Part shown: positions 20,427-30,029 of the stretch, piece by piece
Numbering within the stretch: position 1 is the first letter of the stretch
Layout: each line of letters opens with the position of its first letter
Virus record (IMG/VR): IMGVR_UViG_3300050343_000265
Span: 1-64,000 of that record
Direction: 5' to 3' (one strand)
DNA from: a virus
DNA length: 64,000 nt
The notes under the pieces: model-generated
The model's input: only the letters and a program-made list of their open reading frames with translations
The model's database searches: none
What the model was told of the DNA's origin: nothing
Position numbers and translations under genes: made by a program

Positions 20427-21575
20427 ATGTGGATTGATAATGACTTTCCTAAGCTCCTTGGTGCAGAGCTTTACCGCCCTCACCCTGCCTACATCATTGA
20501 GATGGCAGTTGAGCCGGTAGTTGTCCACGATTTCAGCAAGCAACCCGGCCAGACCGTACAGCTTGATCGTTATCGTTTCTGGGGCAAGCCTGGCACTAAG
20601 GAGTCCCGTGAGCGGACCGCCGATCAAACCCTCGGCACCGCTTCAGCTCGCAACATCGTCAAGGACAAGGTCCTTGTGACTCTGCGTGAGTACACCGGCC
20701 CAGCCGATACCCGCGACACAGCACAGCCTTCTACCTTCAAAGTTGCTCGCGAAACCCTGATCACCGCTCAGCGTTTGCTGCTTGATACTGGCAACCTGAA
20801 TGTGTTCCACCAGTCGATCGGTAGCTTGACGCTGCTTGACGACTATCGCCGTTGGCGCGATCGCGTCTTTGCTAACGAACTGCTGAAAGCAGAAGCAAAT
20901 GGCAAAGCTGACAAAGAGCAAGGTGGCTACTACCTTCCTGGCGACAAAGTCAAAGGCGCATCTGGCGGCACCTTGGGTGTTACCTATGCAACTGGCGAGT
21001 CTGCCAAGTTTGATGTAACTACTGACCTTCTCGAAGTTGTTAAGGACATGCGTAAGCGCAACGTCCCAACTTTCGCTGATGGTTACTACCGCTGCATCGT
21101 GGATCCAACTGCAATGATGCACCTGCGTCAGAACAGCGACTTCCGCGAAATCGCACGTTATCCAGGCACTGGCATGGTCAACCCCATGTCACCCAACCAG
21201 GCACCCAACGCAAACTTCTACCAAGGAATGGGTCCTGCTTACGGCCAAGCTGGCTTTGTTGCTGGTCAACCCGTAATGCCTACTGGCTTCCTCTTTGAGG
21301 GTGTCCGTTGGTTCGAGTCCACCAACCTGCCCGAGACCTCTTACAACCTTGTTGTTACCGATGCTGCTGCTGGCGCTGCTGATTACACAGCTTCCCAGTT
21401 GATCTTCTTCGGTCCTCAAGCTGTGGGTGTGGGTATTGGTGGTAACAATGCGCAGATTCTGTTGAACAACAACGACGACTTCAGTCGTTTCATCATCATG
21501 ATCTGGAGCTTGTTCGCCGGTTTTGAAGTACTTAATAAGGACTTCATCACGGTTGGTTACTCTTTCGTATATTGA
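20427..21575 (+). CDS. Major capsid protein
   Basis: 382 aa, GGAG RBS, strong codon bias, capsid-like motifs (PGQTVQL, YRCIVDP, GVRWFES). Confidence 0.85.
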   Translation: MWIDNDFPKLLGAELYRPHPAYIIEMAVEPVVVHDFSKQPGQTVQLDRYRFWGKPGTKESRERTADQTLGTASARNIVKDKVLVTLREYTGPADTRDTAQPSTFKVARETLITAQRLLLDTGNLNVFHQSIGSLTLLDDYRRWRDRVFANELLKAEANGKADKEQGGYYLPGDKVKGASGGTLGVTYATGESAKFDVTTDLLEVVKDMRKRNVPTFADGYYRCIVDPTAMMHLRQNSDFREIARYPGTGMVNPMSPNQAPNANFYQGMGPAYGQAGFVAGQPVMPTGFLFEGVRWFESTNLPETSYNLVVTDAAAGAADYTASQLIFFGPQAVGVGIGGNNAQILLNNNDDFSRFIIMIWSLFAGFEVLNKDFITVGYSFVY

Positions 21576-21591
21576 TAGGAGCTAACTAACT

Positions 21592-22161
21592 ATGTCCGTA
21601 ATTTTTCCCGGTAATTATGTCGCACACTTGAACGCTTATCGCGATCAAGGTGTGTTTGCACTTCCAGGCGTTGAGTTTTATCAGGTCGTCGGTGCTGCAA
21701 TTGTTGATGCCAACATTGCAAGCTCCGGTACCCTCACGCCTCAAGTCCAGTCACCTGACCTCCGTCAGGATGACAAGCCACGCTTGAACAAGTCAGTGAC
21801 TGTTCCTGCTGGTGCTGTCGTGTATCGCACGGCTATTAACACTGTCAACCTGTCCTCTACAGGCACCTCTACGGTTGCTGTTGATGGCTTGACAACCGCT
21901 GGCCTGGAAGCATCCTTGGCAGCTGTTGGTGGTGTTTATCCCGCCGCTGGTGGCAAGACAACATTCGATGGTTTCGCAACGACTTCTAGTGAGTCTTCTG
22001 CTGCCACGATCACTATCGCTCACTCAGGTGCTTTGAGCCTGATTGATACTGATAGCTGCGCCGCTGTGATTGTTGAAGTCTGCTACTACTTGTCTGCAGA
22101 CGGCCCTGATTCAGACGACCTTTCCCTCCCTTATAAGACGGAAGCTGGACAAGGTTATTGA
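21592..22161 (+). CDS. Capsid decoration/minor capsid protein
   Basis: AGGAG RBS, co-transcribed with MCP, beta-rich. Confidence 0.6.
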   Translation: MSVIFPGNYVAHLNAYRDQGVFALPGVEFYQVVGAAIVDANIASSGTLTPQVQSPDLRQDDKPRLNKSVTVPAGAVVYRTAINTVNLSSTGTSTVAVDGLTTAGLEASLAAVGGVYPAAGGKTTFDGFATTSSESSAATITIAHSGALSLIDTDSCAAVIVEVCYYLSADGPDSDDLSLPYKTEAGQGY

Positions 22162-22180
22162 TAACTTAGTCCGACATTAT

Positions 22181-22207
22181 AAGCGTCTCTTAGGGGGCGC
22201 TTTTTTT
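22181..22207 (+). terminator. Rho-independent terminator
   Basis: AAGCGTCTC-TTAG-GGGGCGCTT followed by a T run. Confidence 0.85.
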
Positions 22208-22241
22208 GTGTCTATAATAATGGGGTACGGTATAAATAGTA

Positions 22242-22673
22242 ATGAGTAATCTTTTTCAGGATCAAAAAACAGGCAAGCTTGTTGAGTTTATTAATAAGCA
22301 CGACAAAGAATATGCAATGGTCAGAGACGCTGGAGGCAATATTGCTTATGTATGTCTTGATTCATTAGTTCCTTATGACAAGGACAAAGGTCGTCTAACT
22401 AAAGTAGCTGCACCACAAATTCAACCTGAGCCTGAAGAAGAGCTGCCAGTGCCTGTCGTACCTATTGAAGATACACGCTTAAATCTAAACATGGCACCAG
22501 CAGAACAGATTGCAAAAAGGTTGCCAGGTGTTGGCTATGCCACAGCAAAACGTATTGTCGAACTACGGATGTCACTAAGTGGTGAGCGGTTTAACAACCT
22601 TAAGCAGCTAGAAAATATTCCTCGTGTCAACTGGGACCAGCTCATTGAAGAAGACTTAATCTTTATTAGTTAA
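22242..22673 (+). CDS. Helix-hairpin-helix (ComEA-like) DNA-binding protein
   Basis: LNLNMAPAEQI..LPGVGYATAKRIV..F..LKQLENIP. Confidence 0.8.
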   Translation: MSNLFQDQKTGKLVEFINKHDKEYAMVRDAGGNIAYVCLDSLVPYDKDKGRLTKVAAPQIQPEPEEELPVPVVPIEDTRLNLNMAPAEQIAKRLPGVGYATAKRIVELRMSLSGERFNNLKQLENIPRVNWDQLIEEDLIFIS

Positions 22674-22701
22674 ACTAGGGTTAGTATTATTGAGGAGATA
22701 A

Positions 22702-23100
22702 ATGCTAACAGTACAAGAAGCACTTTTGTTCCAAGCTGCTAAAGATGAGCAGGATCGAATTGATGCGCAAGGAACTGCTGGTGTTATTGGAGGCATGACC
22801 GGTGCTGTTCTTGGAACTACCGGTGGAATGATTCCTCATAGTATTGGCAAACAGATTAATAAGGCAAGAGGACGTACACCAGCGCGATTTAAAGCGGGTC
22901 CACGTATGGCAGGTGGACTGACGGGCCTAATCCTTGGAGGAGTTTTAGGCGCAGGCACAGCAGCAGTAATGAAGCAAGATAACCCTGCTGCAAACATACT
23001 TGCCAAGATTCAAGCTAAAGGTGAACTAACCGAATACGACGAGTACGCTCTTCAGCAAGTGCTTCGTGACATCTACAGCAATCAATCGAGGATGGCGTAA
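22702..23100 (+). CDS. Glycine-zipper membrane/virion protein
   Basis: Two GxxxG hydrophobic segments. Confidence 0.65.
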   Translation: MLTVQEALLFQAAKDEQDRIDAQGTAGVIGGMTGAVLGTTGGMIPHSIGKQINKARGRTPARFKAGPRMAGGLTGLILGGVLGAGTAAVMKQDNPAANILAKIQAKGELTEYDEYALQQVLRDIYSNQSRMA

Positions 23101-23597
23101 TGGAATTAGATGATTATCTAAAATCTAAAACTAGGTTTCATCTGGGATATAACTCAGGTGCACAGCTTCCAGCTGGAGATCGTTCAAGGCTTGAAGAAGC
23201 AATGGCGCTTGTGCCAGATGAGCTTTGGTATAACGAGATTGTTTATCACATCAAACGTTGCGATAACGCTTGGAAGGTAAGTGCATACCTGCCTGATGAC
23301 ATCCTAGATCCAAGTGGTCAAGGCATCGTCAACTTCTCACGTCAAGAAATCATTTCAGGAGATGTGCAACGAACCATCTCGCAATCAGATCCATTAAAAG
23401 GTGATGAGTATTTCCGTGAAATCTATTTACGAGAATGCGATCGATTGGCTGAAACTTTGTATGTAGCTAATTACCGTCGTCCTGAAGTACGGCGCTATGC
23501 CTTTGATCGTTCTGGTGCTGAGTTTATTCTGGCTGTACCTGGCCCTGCAGACACTGCAGTAGGTTCAAGAATTGTTTTACATAATACTTGGCGATAA
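23100..23597 (+). CDS. Putative head-tail adaptor
   Basis: Position and size only. Confidence 0.45.
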   Translation: MELDDYLKSKTRFHLGYNSGAQLPAGDRSRLEEAMALVPDELWYNEIVYHIKRCDNAWKVSAYLPDDILDPSGQGIVNFSRQEIISGDVQRTISQSDPLKGDEYFREIYLRECDRLAETLYVANYRRPEVRRYAFDRSGAEFILAVPGPADTAVGSRIVLHNTWR

Positions 23598-23632
23598 AGT
23601 AGAATATATCTAGGATATATAGCAAGAAAGTT

Positions 23633-23983
23633 ATGACACAAAAAATCACGATGGGTCGTGATAGGCGACAAGATGCTATCGATGCTCAAAATGCAATGCG
23701 TCAGTACGGTGGATACAATCCTAATGCTGGTGATATCCCCGCAGTGATGCCATCTGCACCATCATCAACAGCAAATGCACCTGCTGATGATCCTATGGAT
23801 CGAACAGGTAGTGTTGCTCTAGGTACATCAGGTACAGAGGAACCTAATCAATCTTCTGAACAATTCCAATCATCTGCTCTTAATGATCGCCTGGCGAACA
23901 TTCAAAGAGGTATTGAACGGAGTGAAGGTAATGCATATAACTCTGGCTATAACAATCGTTCTGTCACTGGGAGCCTAAGCTAA
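23633..23983 (+). CDS. Hypothetical protein
   Basis: ORF; TAGAAT at 23600. Confidence 0.7.
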   Translation: MTQKITMGRDRRQDAIDAQNAMRQYGGYNPNAGDIPAVMPSAPSSTANAPADDPMDRTGSVALGTSGTEEPNQSSEQFQSSALNDRLANIQRGIERSEGNAYNSGYNNRSVTGSLS

Positions 23984-24501
23984 TGAGTAGACGCGCAAAC
24001 TCTAAAAATCTAGATCCAATGCGCTTTGCACCTGAAGCAAAGTCACTATCCAATCTGCCTGGTTCACCGGAGAATACAAATCCAATGAACATGCGAACTG
24101 CAGGTCAAGAAGCTACTCCTCCAATTGGTGGAACAAGTATTTATAACGACTCAAACCAAAATGGTGTCTACCCACAGATGGGATCTGCAGTACTTAATCC
24201 AATGCAGTACACGCCAACTCAGATGCATAATATGCCAGTAGGACAAAAGCTGAACGCTGGATTTAACTACGGTCTTCAACCACAACCGTCAGCAAATGCT
24301 GGTGACCCACTGGAAGGAAAGCGTTTAGGTGAAAATGCATCCATGAAAGGTCTGATGGCGCATCCTTTTCTAGGAATGACAGGATCACCTGCACTTATTC
24401 CTGGAGCATTCCCTGGGAATATGGCCCAAGGTCAACCGTTGATGCAACCCATGATCACAGTAGACGGACAAAACAATTCTAAGAAAGGAGCTAAAGCGTA
24501 A
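23983..24501 (+). CDS. Hypothetical Pro/Met-rich protein
   Basis: Translationally coupled. Confidence 0.7.
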   Translation: MSRRANSKNLDPMRFAPEAKSLSNLPGSPENTNPMNMRTAGQEATPPIGGTSIYNDSNQNGVYPQMGSAVLNPMQYTPTQMHNMPVGQKLNAGFNYGLQPQPSANAGDPLEGKRLGENASMKGLMAHPFLGMTGSPALIPGAFPGNMAQGQPLMQPMITVDGQNNSKKGAKA

Positions 24502-24989
24502 TGGCTACTACAGCAACTAATAAACAACCATTGCTTGTTGATCGGGTATTTCATAAAGCGGTCAGTGCTATGTCATTGGCATCTGGTTCGGCAACATCAC
24601 TAGACATTGAAGGAACTAATCAGTCAGCAGTGCTGGTGGACTGCAGTGCTAACGATGGGGCTGTGGTGGAAGATCTATATGTAATCGCACGAACAAGTAC
24701 ATCCACGGCCTATACAGCTCTCTTTTATTTGAGTTCTGCTGTTGATTACTTGCGTCCCACAGAAGGTGTATATGTAGGTAAGTTGACAAGCTCAACGACT
24801 AGCGCTGATAAAACATCATCTGCTGATCTTCCAAAAGTTCTGGCACCTCTTGCACATGTTGGATCTAATCCACAAGTACGTGCACTGTATGTTCCCAAAG
24901 GAAATGTACTGTGGTGCACACTACAGCTAGCAGGCTCAGTAAACACAACTGATACGCCAATTATTGCAGCACAGGGCGGATTCTATTAA
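24501..24989 (+). CDS. Putative structural protein
   Basis: AGGAG RBS, beta-rich. Confidence 0.65.
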   Translation: MATTATNKQPLLVDRVFHKAVSAMSLASGSATSLDIEGTNQSAVLVDCSANDGAVVEDLYVIARTSTSTAYTALFYLSSAVDYLRPTEGVYVGKLTSSTTSADKTSSADLPKVLAPLAHVGSNPQVRALYVPKGNVLWCTLQLAGSVNTTDTPIIAAQGGFY

Positions 24990-24993
24990 GGCG

Positions 24994-26757
24994 ATGCCTA
25001 GGAAGAAGAATGGATATGGAAACTTTAATGTCAATGATATAAAGGGTGTAAACAGTTCGTTTGACAAAGGTAAAGGATCAACCTCTGCAGGTAACTACCC
25101 TGCAGTACGGTCGTTCGGATCAACCTTAACCAGAAGTGCTATTGAGCAATACGACTTAGAAAGCACATGGAGTAGATGGAGACGTGGACTTGAATATTAT
25201 TATCAAGGTGCATACCTAGACTTCACACAAACAGATGCAGTGCTTTATCAGGGAACAAATTTTGAAGTTCCTGTGACTTTTATTGGTCAACGCTTTGCAA
25301 CAAAGAATGCTGACAGTAGAACTCATTACGCAATCCGACGTGAGGTTGATCAAAATCAACAGCTAGGTGTCATTGTCCAAAGGTATAACGATGAATATGC
25401 ATATCCAGAATACAGACGTGACAAAGAAATTTGGTTAAAGGTAGACACATCAGCAGGATATTCAGATGACCTGCTACTGCGTTCAGTAGGTGAGCGAGTA
25501 ACTGACGGAGTCACTGCTGCAAATATTTCATGGGTACTTACATCTGCTAAGCATCCTGCTGTGTACTTAGGTAAATCACAAGCAGAGGGAGTGGTGGCAG
25601 TAACAACTGTCTCACTGAGTGAAGTATTAGCAACTGAGTTTATCACTAACAACAATGGAGATATTCAGTCCCTAGTTGGCGAAGCAGTCAATATGCCTGA
25701 CTTCTATCAGAACAGGACGATCAGTGCATTAGATAAATTTACAGATTATCCACATGACTTCCGTGTGAATCTTACAGAAACAATTACTAGTACCACAATT
25801 CAAATACTAGATACAAGTACAGGACTACCTCCAACTCTAGGTGAGATAAACACTGCAGATCAAATCTTTAGCACGACTACTGCAACCAGTACGTTGGAAG
25901 GAGACTTCGTCTACGAGAAAGAACGATACCAGCGGTTTTTTGGACAGCAATATCTGACTGCTGATTTGGTTAGATCCGAACTTACACAACTTGCATACGG
26001 AATACTACCTTGGAGCATTCAATCAGTAAAAGCAGACGTTACAAATAATGAGCTGACTATTACTTCAGAACCATTCCAAAGCAGTCTTCAACTATATACA
26101 CCAAGTGAAACATACCGATATATCATATTCCCTGAAAAAGGATTTACAACTAAAACACCAGATGTAGATGCAGATGGTAATTACAAGCATGCACCGCCAG
26201 TGCCAGGTGAGAAATTATGGGAGAAAATTAATTTAGATATAGACCCATGGATTGATGAAATATTTTCAAACAACCAGCCATTGTCTATATCAGAGATCTA
26301 TACCTGTAGTTGCCCTGCGTATCTGCATGCTGTGCTGAGAAACCCAGAATCTACAGACGATGATGGTAAAAAAATTAATAGACAACAACGTCTCCCCACA
26401 CCTACTGCAAAAGGGGCCTCTACATATGAAGCCAATGGTTTGCTTAAAACAGTAGGCATTGCAGAGTCTTGGGCCACTGATGAATACAAGAAAAGTTTTA
26501 AAGTCTGCAAGCACACGATTGCTGCAATGTTTATAGATAAAGTACGAGTAATGGAACCGAATACTTTTCCGAGTGCTGATGCACGTGAAAAGTTCGAAGA
26601 AAAATTAGCCAAAGATATACAAGAAGTTGCTGAGGAATTTACAGCACAGCTTAGACGTTCAGAAATGACTCAGATAGAAGTTATATATGCGCTAGCAGAA
26701 GCTCTTAATCTTGATGATGTTGAAATTGGCTATGTGCTATTAACAAGTAAATTCTAA
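24994..26757 (+). CDS. Large protein with C-terminal SWIM-like zinc finger
   Basis: YTCSCPAY...VCKH. Confidence 0.7.
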   Translation: MPRKKNGYGNFNVNDIKGVNSSFDKGKGSTSAGNYPAVRSFGSTLTRSAIEQYDLESTWSRWRRGLEYYYQGAYLDFTQTDAVLYQGTNFEVPVTFIGQRFATKNADSRTHYAIRREVDQNQQLGVIVQRYNDEYAYPEYRRDKEIWLKVDTSAGYSDDLLLRSVGERVTDGVTAANISWVLTSAKHPAVYLGKSQAEGVVAVTTVSLSEVLATEFITNNNGDIQSLVGEAVNMPDFYQNRTISALDKFTDYPHDFRVNLTETITSTTIQILDTSTGLPPTLGEINTADQIFSTTTATSTLEGDFVYEKERYQRFFGQQYLTADLVRSELTQLAYGILPWSIQSVKADVTNNELTITSEPFQSSLQLYTPSETYRYIIFPEKGFTTKTPDVDADGNYKHAPPVPGEKLWEKINLDIDPWIDEIFSNNQPLSISEIYTCSCPAYLHAVLRNPESTDDDGKKINRQQRLPTPTAKGASTYEANGLLKTVGIAESWATDEYKKSFKVCKHTIAAMFIDKVRVMEPNTFPSADAREKFEEKLAKDIQEVAEEFTAQLRRSEMTQIEVIYALAEALNLDDVEIGYVLLTSKF

Positions 26758-26782
26758 TCAAATACAATAGATAAAGAAACAT

Positions 26783-28570
26783 GTGAGTGTAGTTGTGACC
26801 TCAAGTAATGAAAACTACCAAGGTGTATTGGATGCAATTAATGAATTACGTGCACGTAATGGCGAGTCTGCTCAAAACAATCCACCAAACTGGAAAGGTA
26901 TTATTAACGCCTTACAGTCACTAAACAAATGGGGACAGGTAGAAAACGGAGATACTCCACCAGGTTATACACCTGATTATGATTCAAGTGGCAACATAAC
27001 TGGCAGTCACTACAATCCACAACCTGATAATGGTCGTCTATGGTTTGATATCCGATCAGGTCGTTTGCTTATTTGGCAAGACGATGGTTGGTATCAAACA
27101 AATGGTGCGGACGGTTTGCCCTTCTTTGCTACGGCAGCTCCAGGATCGGAAGTCCCAGGCGCACTTTGGTTTAATACGGCAAACTTAAATCTGTATATTT
27201 ATGATGGTTCAAACTGGATTTTAGTATCAAGTCCTACAGGTGCAACAACGACAACAGCACTACCACTAACAAGTGCAGAAAGTAATTTGTTCCCTGTACC
27301 AGGCAATGTTCAAACACAAAATCAAGCCAATACTTACTTTATTAACGCTGTCACAACACTACAAACTGATGTAACAACGCTGGAAACAGAACAAGCTGCT
27401 CCTATTTCAGCTACAGCTCCTAGTGCAGCAACAGCAGGTGAGTTCTGGTTTAACAGCACGACGTTAGAACTAAGAGTCTCCTACGGAGGTGCATGGGTAC
27501 CTGCATCTCTTCCATTGACAGACGACACAGATTTTGTAGCTTTAAGCAATACAGTTACTAACAACTACACGACAACAACTAACTTAATTACTGCATCTAA
27601 TGTTCGTATCACGGCACTAGAAAATGCACCACTACGTACGTTGACGCTTGCAGTAGACACCAATGAAAAGTCAATTGTCCTAAATGATAGTGCTGCAACT
27701 AATACTCAAGTAAAGTTTTTGGGTACAAATGGAATTGGTATAGCAGTTACAGCAACGGACATAACGATCGATGCTGCTGGTGTACTTACCTCTGCTAGTG
27801 CCTTAATTGCAGCAACTGGATGGGGAACAGCAATCACGAACCTAACCACTAGGACTACAACACTAGAAACGGATGTGACTGCCTTGCAGAACACACCGGT
27901 TGTTTCAGTAAGTGCATTCAATACTCTAAGCACTACCGTTAGCGGCTTGCCTACAACAGCTGACCTTAACCTGAAGGTTGACAAAAGTAGTCCATCATTC
28001 ACAACCGACGTTGACTTCAACAACAATCGCCTACTTCAAGTAGGTACAGCTACTGCATCTACAGATGGCGTAAACAAAGCGTATGCAGATGCAATTAAAA
28101 CATATGCAGATAATACTTTTATTACTCAGACGACGAGTACATTAGGCAACTTAATCATTAGTCGAACAAATCTCAGTGCCCCTGCTCTTGACTTCTCAGG
28201 TTCTCATACTAATAGTTATGAAGCATTGAAGTTTAAAACTTATGGTGGAGCAGGTAGCGTTACATTTGGTGTAACTACTTATACCAATGAATATGCCTAT
28301 ACATTTACTGGCGATGAAGAGTTCTCTTGGATTGGAGCTAGTGGTAAAACAGCATTCATAGATGATACTGGGATTACTACTGAAGCATTAACTATTGCGG
28401 ACATCAGTAGAAACGCAGGTGGGACACAAGTCTTGTCCAACACAATTGATGTGAAGGAACGCATTTCTACGTACCAGACTGCATTGATTGGAGTCAGGAC
28501 TGCATTAAATACCTCTTCTGATTACGCCAGCTTTAAGACAGCTGCACTGACCGCATTAGCCAACATCTAA
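26783..28570 (+). CDS. Tail fibre-like protein
   Basis: Repeated G.LWF..+..L.+Y.G..W modules, coiled coils, DGVNKAYAD. Confidence 0.75.
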   Translation: MSVVVTSSNENYQGVLDAINELRARNGESAQNNPPNWKGIINALQSLNKWGQVENGDTPPGYTPDYDSSGNITGSHYNPQPDNGRLWFDIRSGRLLIWQDDGWYQTNGADGLPFFATAAPGSEVPGALWFNTANLNLYIYDGSNWILVSSPTGATTTTALPLTSAESNLFPVPGNVQTQNQANTYFINAVTTLQTDVTTLETEQAAPISATAPSAATAGEFWFNSTTLELRVSYGGAWVPASLPLTDDTDFVALSNTVTNNYTTTTNLITASNVRITALENAPLRTLTLAVDTNEKSIVLNDSAATNTQVKFLGTNGIGIAVTATDITIDAAGVLTSASALIAATGWGTAITNLTTRTTTLETDVTALQNTPVVSVSAFNTLSTTVSGLPTTADLNLKVDKSSPSFTTDVDFNNNRLLQVGTATASTDGVNKAYADAIKTYADNTFITQTTSTLGNLIISRTNLSAPALDFSGSHTNSYEALKFKTYGGAGSVTFGVTTYTNEYAYTFTGDEEFSWIGASGKTAFIDDTGITTEALTIADISRNAGGTQVLSNTIDVKERISTYQTALIGVRTALNTSSDYASFKTAALTALANI

Positions 28571-28572
28571 TT

Positions 28573-28767
28573 ATGCCTTCATTCAACTTTCCATCAAACC
28601 CAACAAATGGGATGATCGTTAAAAACGATACAACAGGGGTTTCGTATTCTTGGGAAAAGACATCTAATTCATGGAACATTGTACGTACAAACGTGAATGA
28701 TGCTCTCGATAATGTGACGACAGCGTTAGTATCATTAACAGGTCCGATGGGTAATAAAAATGTTTAA
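28573..28767 (+). CDS. Small fibre N-terminal-module protein
   Basis: FNFPSNPTNG..YSW..W motif. Confidence 0.55.
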   Translation: MPSFNFPSNPTNGMIVKNDTTGVSYSWEKTSNSWNIVRTNVNDALDNVTTALVSLTGPMGNKNV

Positions 28768-28963
28768 GCCAGAAGATTTTCACTTGTCAATGGAGAAAGA
28801 ACTTAAGAAGCGAGTAATCTTCGATGATATTAATTCTTGCGATAATGTTGAGACATTGCAAAATAGTCTTCGTCAAGTTACTGATCAATTGATGAAGTAC
28901 CAACAGCTACTAGATGCCACACTGCGACAGCTGTTAGACATGGAGCTAACAAAGTTAGAATAG
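28760..28963 (+). CDS. Small helical protein
   Basis: ORF. Confidence 0.65.
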   Translation: MFKPEDFHLSMEKELKKRVIFDDINSCDNVETLQNSLRQVTDQLMKYQQLLDATLRQLLDMELTKLE

Positions 28964-28987
28964 ATAGAGAACGCTACTGGATGACAG

Positions 28988-29530
28988 ATGCCTAATGTTG
29001 GAGACACTAAAGCAAGATTTGGTCGTCAGTATATCTATTTAAATCCGGCCCCTAATGGTACAGGAACAATAGGTGAGTGGCGTTTGCGTATTGATGATAA
29101 TGGACAACCACCTATCACACCAGGTGGTAGTACTGATTTGGGTTATCAAGCAGTTGTTGCAACTGGTCAGCCTACTATTGTTGCAGGCAACCTTGTTTAC
29201 CTAGATTCAGCAGGAGAAGCAAAACTTGCAGATGCCTCAACTATCGCTGAATCTGTAGTTGTTGGTATGGCAACTACACAGGCAAGTGCTGGTGCTTTGG
29301 TTGAATTTACAAGGAATGAAATCAAGACAATCTTTAATGTATCAGCAGTTGTTGAAGGTGCACCTGCAGCATTGGTACCAGGATCTGTGTATTACTTAAG
29401 TACTGTTGCTGGAAAATGGACTACAACTCCAAATGCAACAACAGCTGGTTCAGTGATTAGATCCTGTGGCACAGCAGTTGATACAGACAAAATGTCCATT
29501 GAAATTCAAATTGTTACTTCTGCAATCTAA
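28988..29530 (+). CDS. Structural (cement/fibre-base-like) protein
   Basis: LVYLD..KLADA..VGMA..PGSVYYLS..G pattern. Confidence 0.65.
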   Translation: MPNVGDTKARFGRQYIYLNPAPNGTGTIGEWRLRIDDNGQPPITPGGSTDLGYQAVVATGQPTIVAGNLVYLDSAGEAKLADASTIAESVVVGMATTQASAGALVEFTRNEIKTIFNVSAVVEGAPAALVPGSVYYLSTVAGKWTTTPNATTAGSVIRSCGTAVDTDKMSIEIQIVTSAI

Positions 29531-29979
29531 TGGCAAATCGTAAAATCACAGTCCTTAATCCAACAGGGTATCAAGAGCTATTTCAATCAGGTGACGTCCT
29601 GGTTTTAGATGGAAGTGTAGATCTTCAATCAAATGGCATTACAGGCATTCCTGATCCAACAGCAAATTTAGATTGCTCTAACAAAAAGTACGTAGATGAC
29701 ACTAAAGCCTTGCTTGACAGTGACATCGCAACAATAAACACTAATATTACCAACCTAACAAACAGTATTGGCAACGGTACTGTTAGCTTCAGTGCCTCAC
29801 AGAACATGACTGTTTCTGGGAGTCTTACCACAAACCAAGCTGGTAATTCCACAATTACATTGACAGGTCCTGATCTAACAAACTTATTGCCAAAACCATC
29901 TGCTGATGGTGTGTATGTCGTCAATAAAACAGGAGTCAATGTCACTTACGTAGAAGTGATTGACGGCGGTTCATATTGA
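29530..29979 (+). CDS. Short tail fibre protein
   Basis: DCSNKKYVD motif; IDGGSY end. Confidence 0.65.
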   Translation: MANRKITVLNPTGYQELFQSGDVLVLDGSVDLQSNGITGIPDPTANLDCSNKKYVDDTKALLDSDIATINTNITNLTNSIGNGTVSFSASQNMTVSGSLTTNQAGNSTITLTGPDLTNLLPKPSADGVYVVNKTGVNVTYVEVIDGGSY

Positions 29980-30029
29980 TAGAATGAATACAACAGTTAT
30001 TACTGTTGTTATATTGCTTATTAGTCAAA

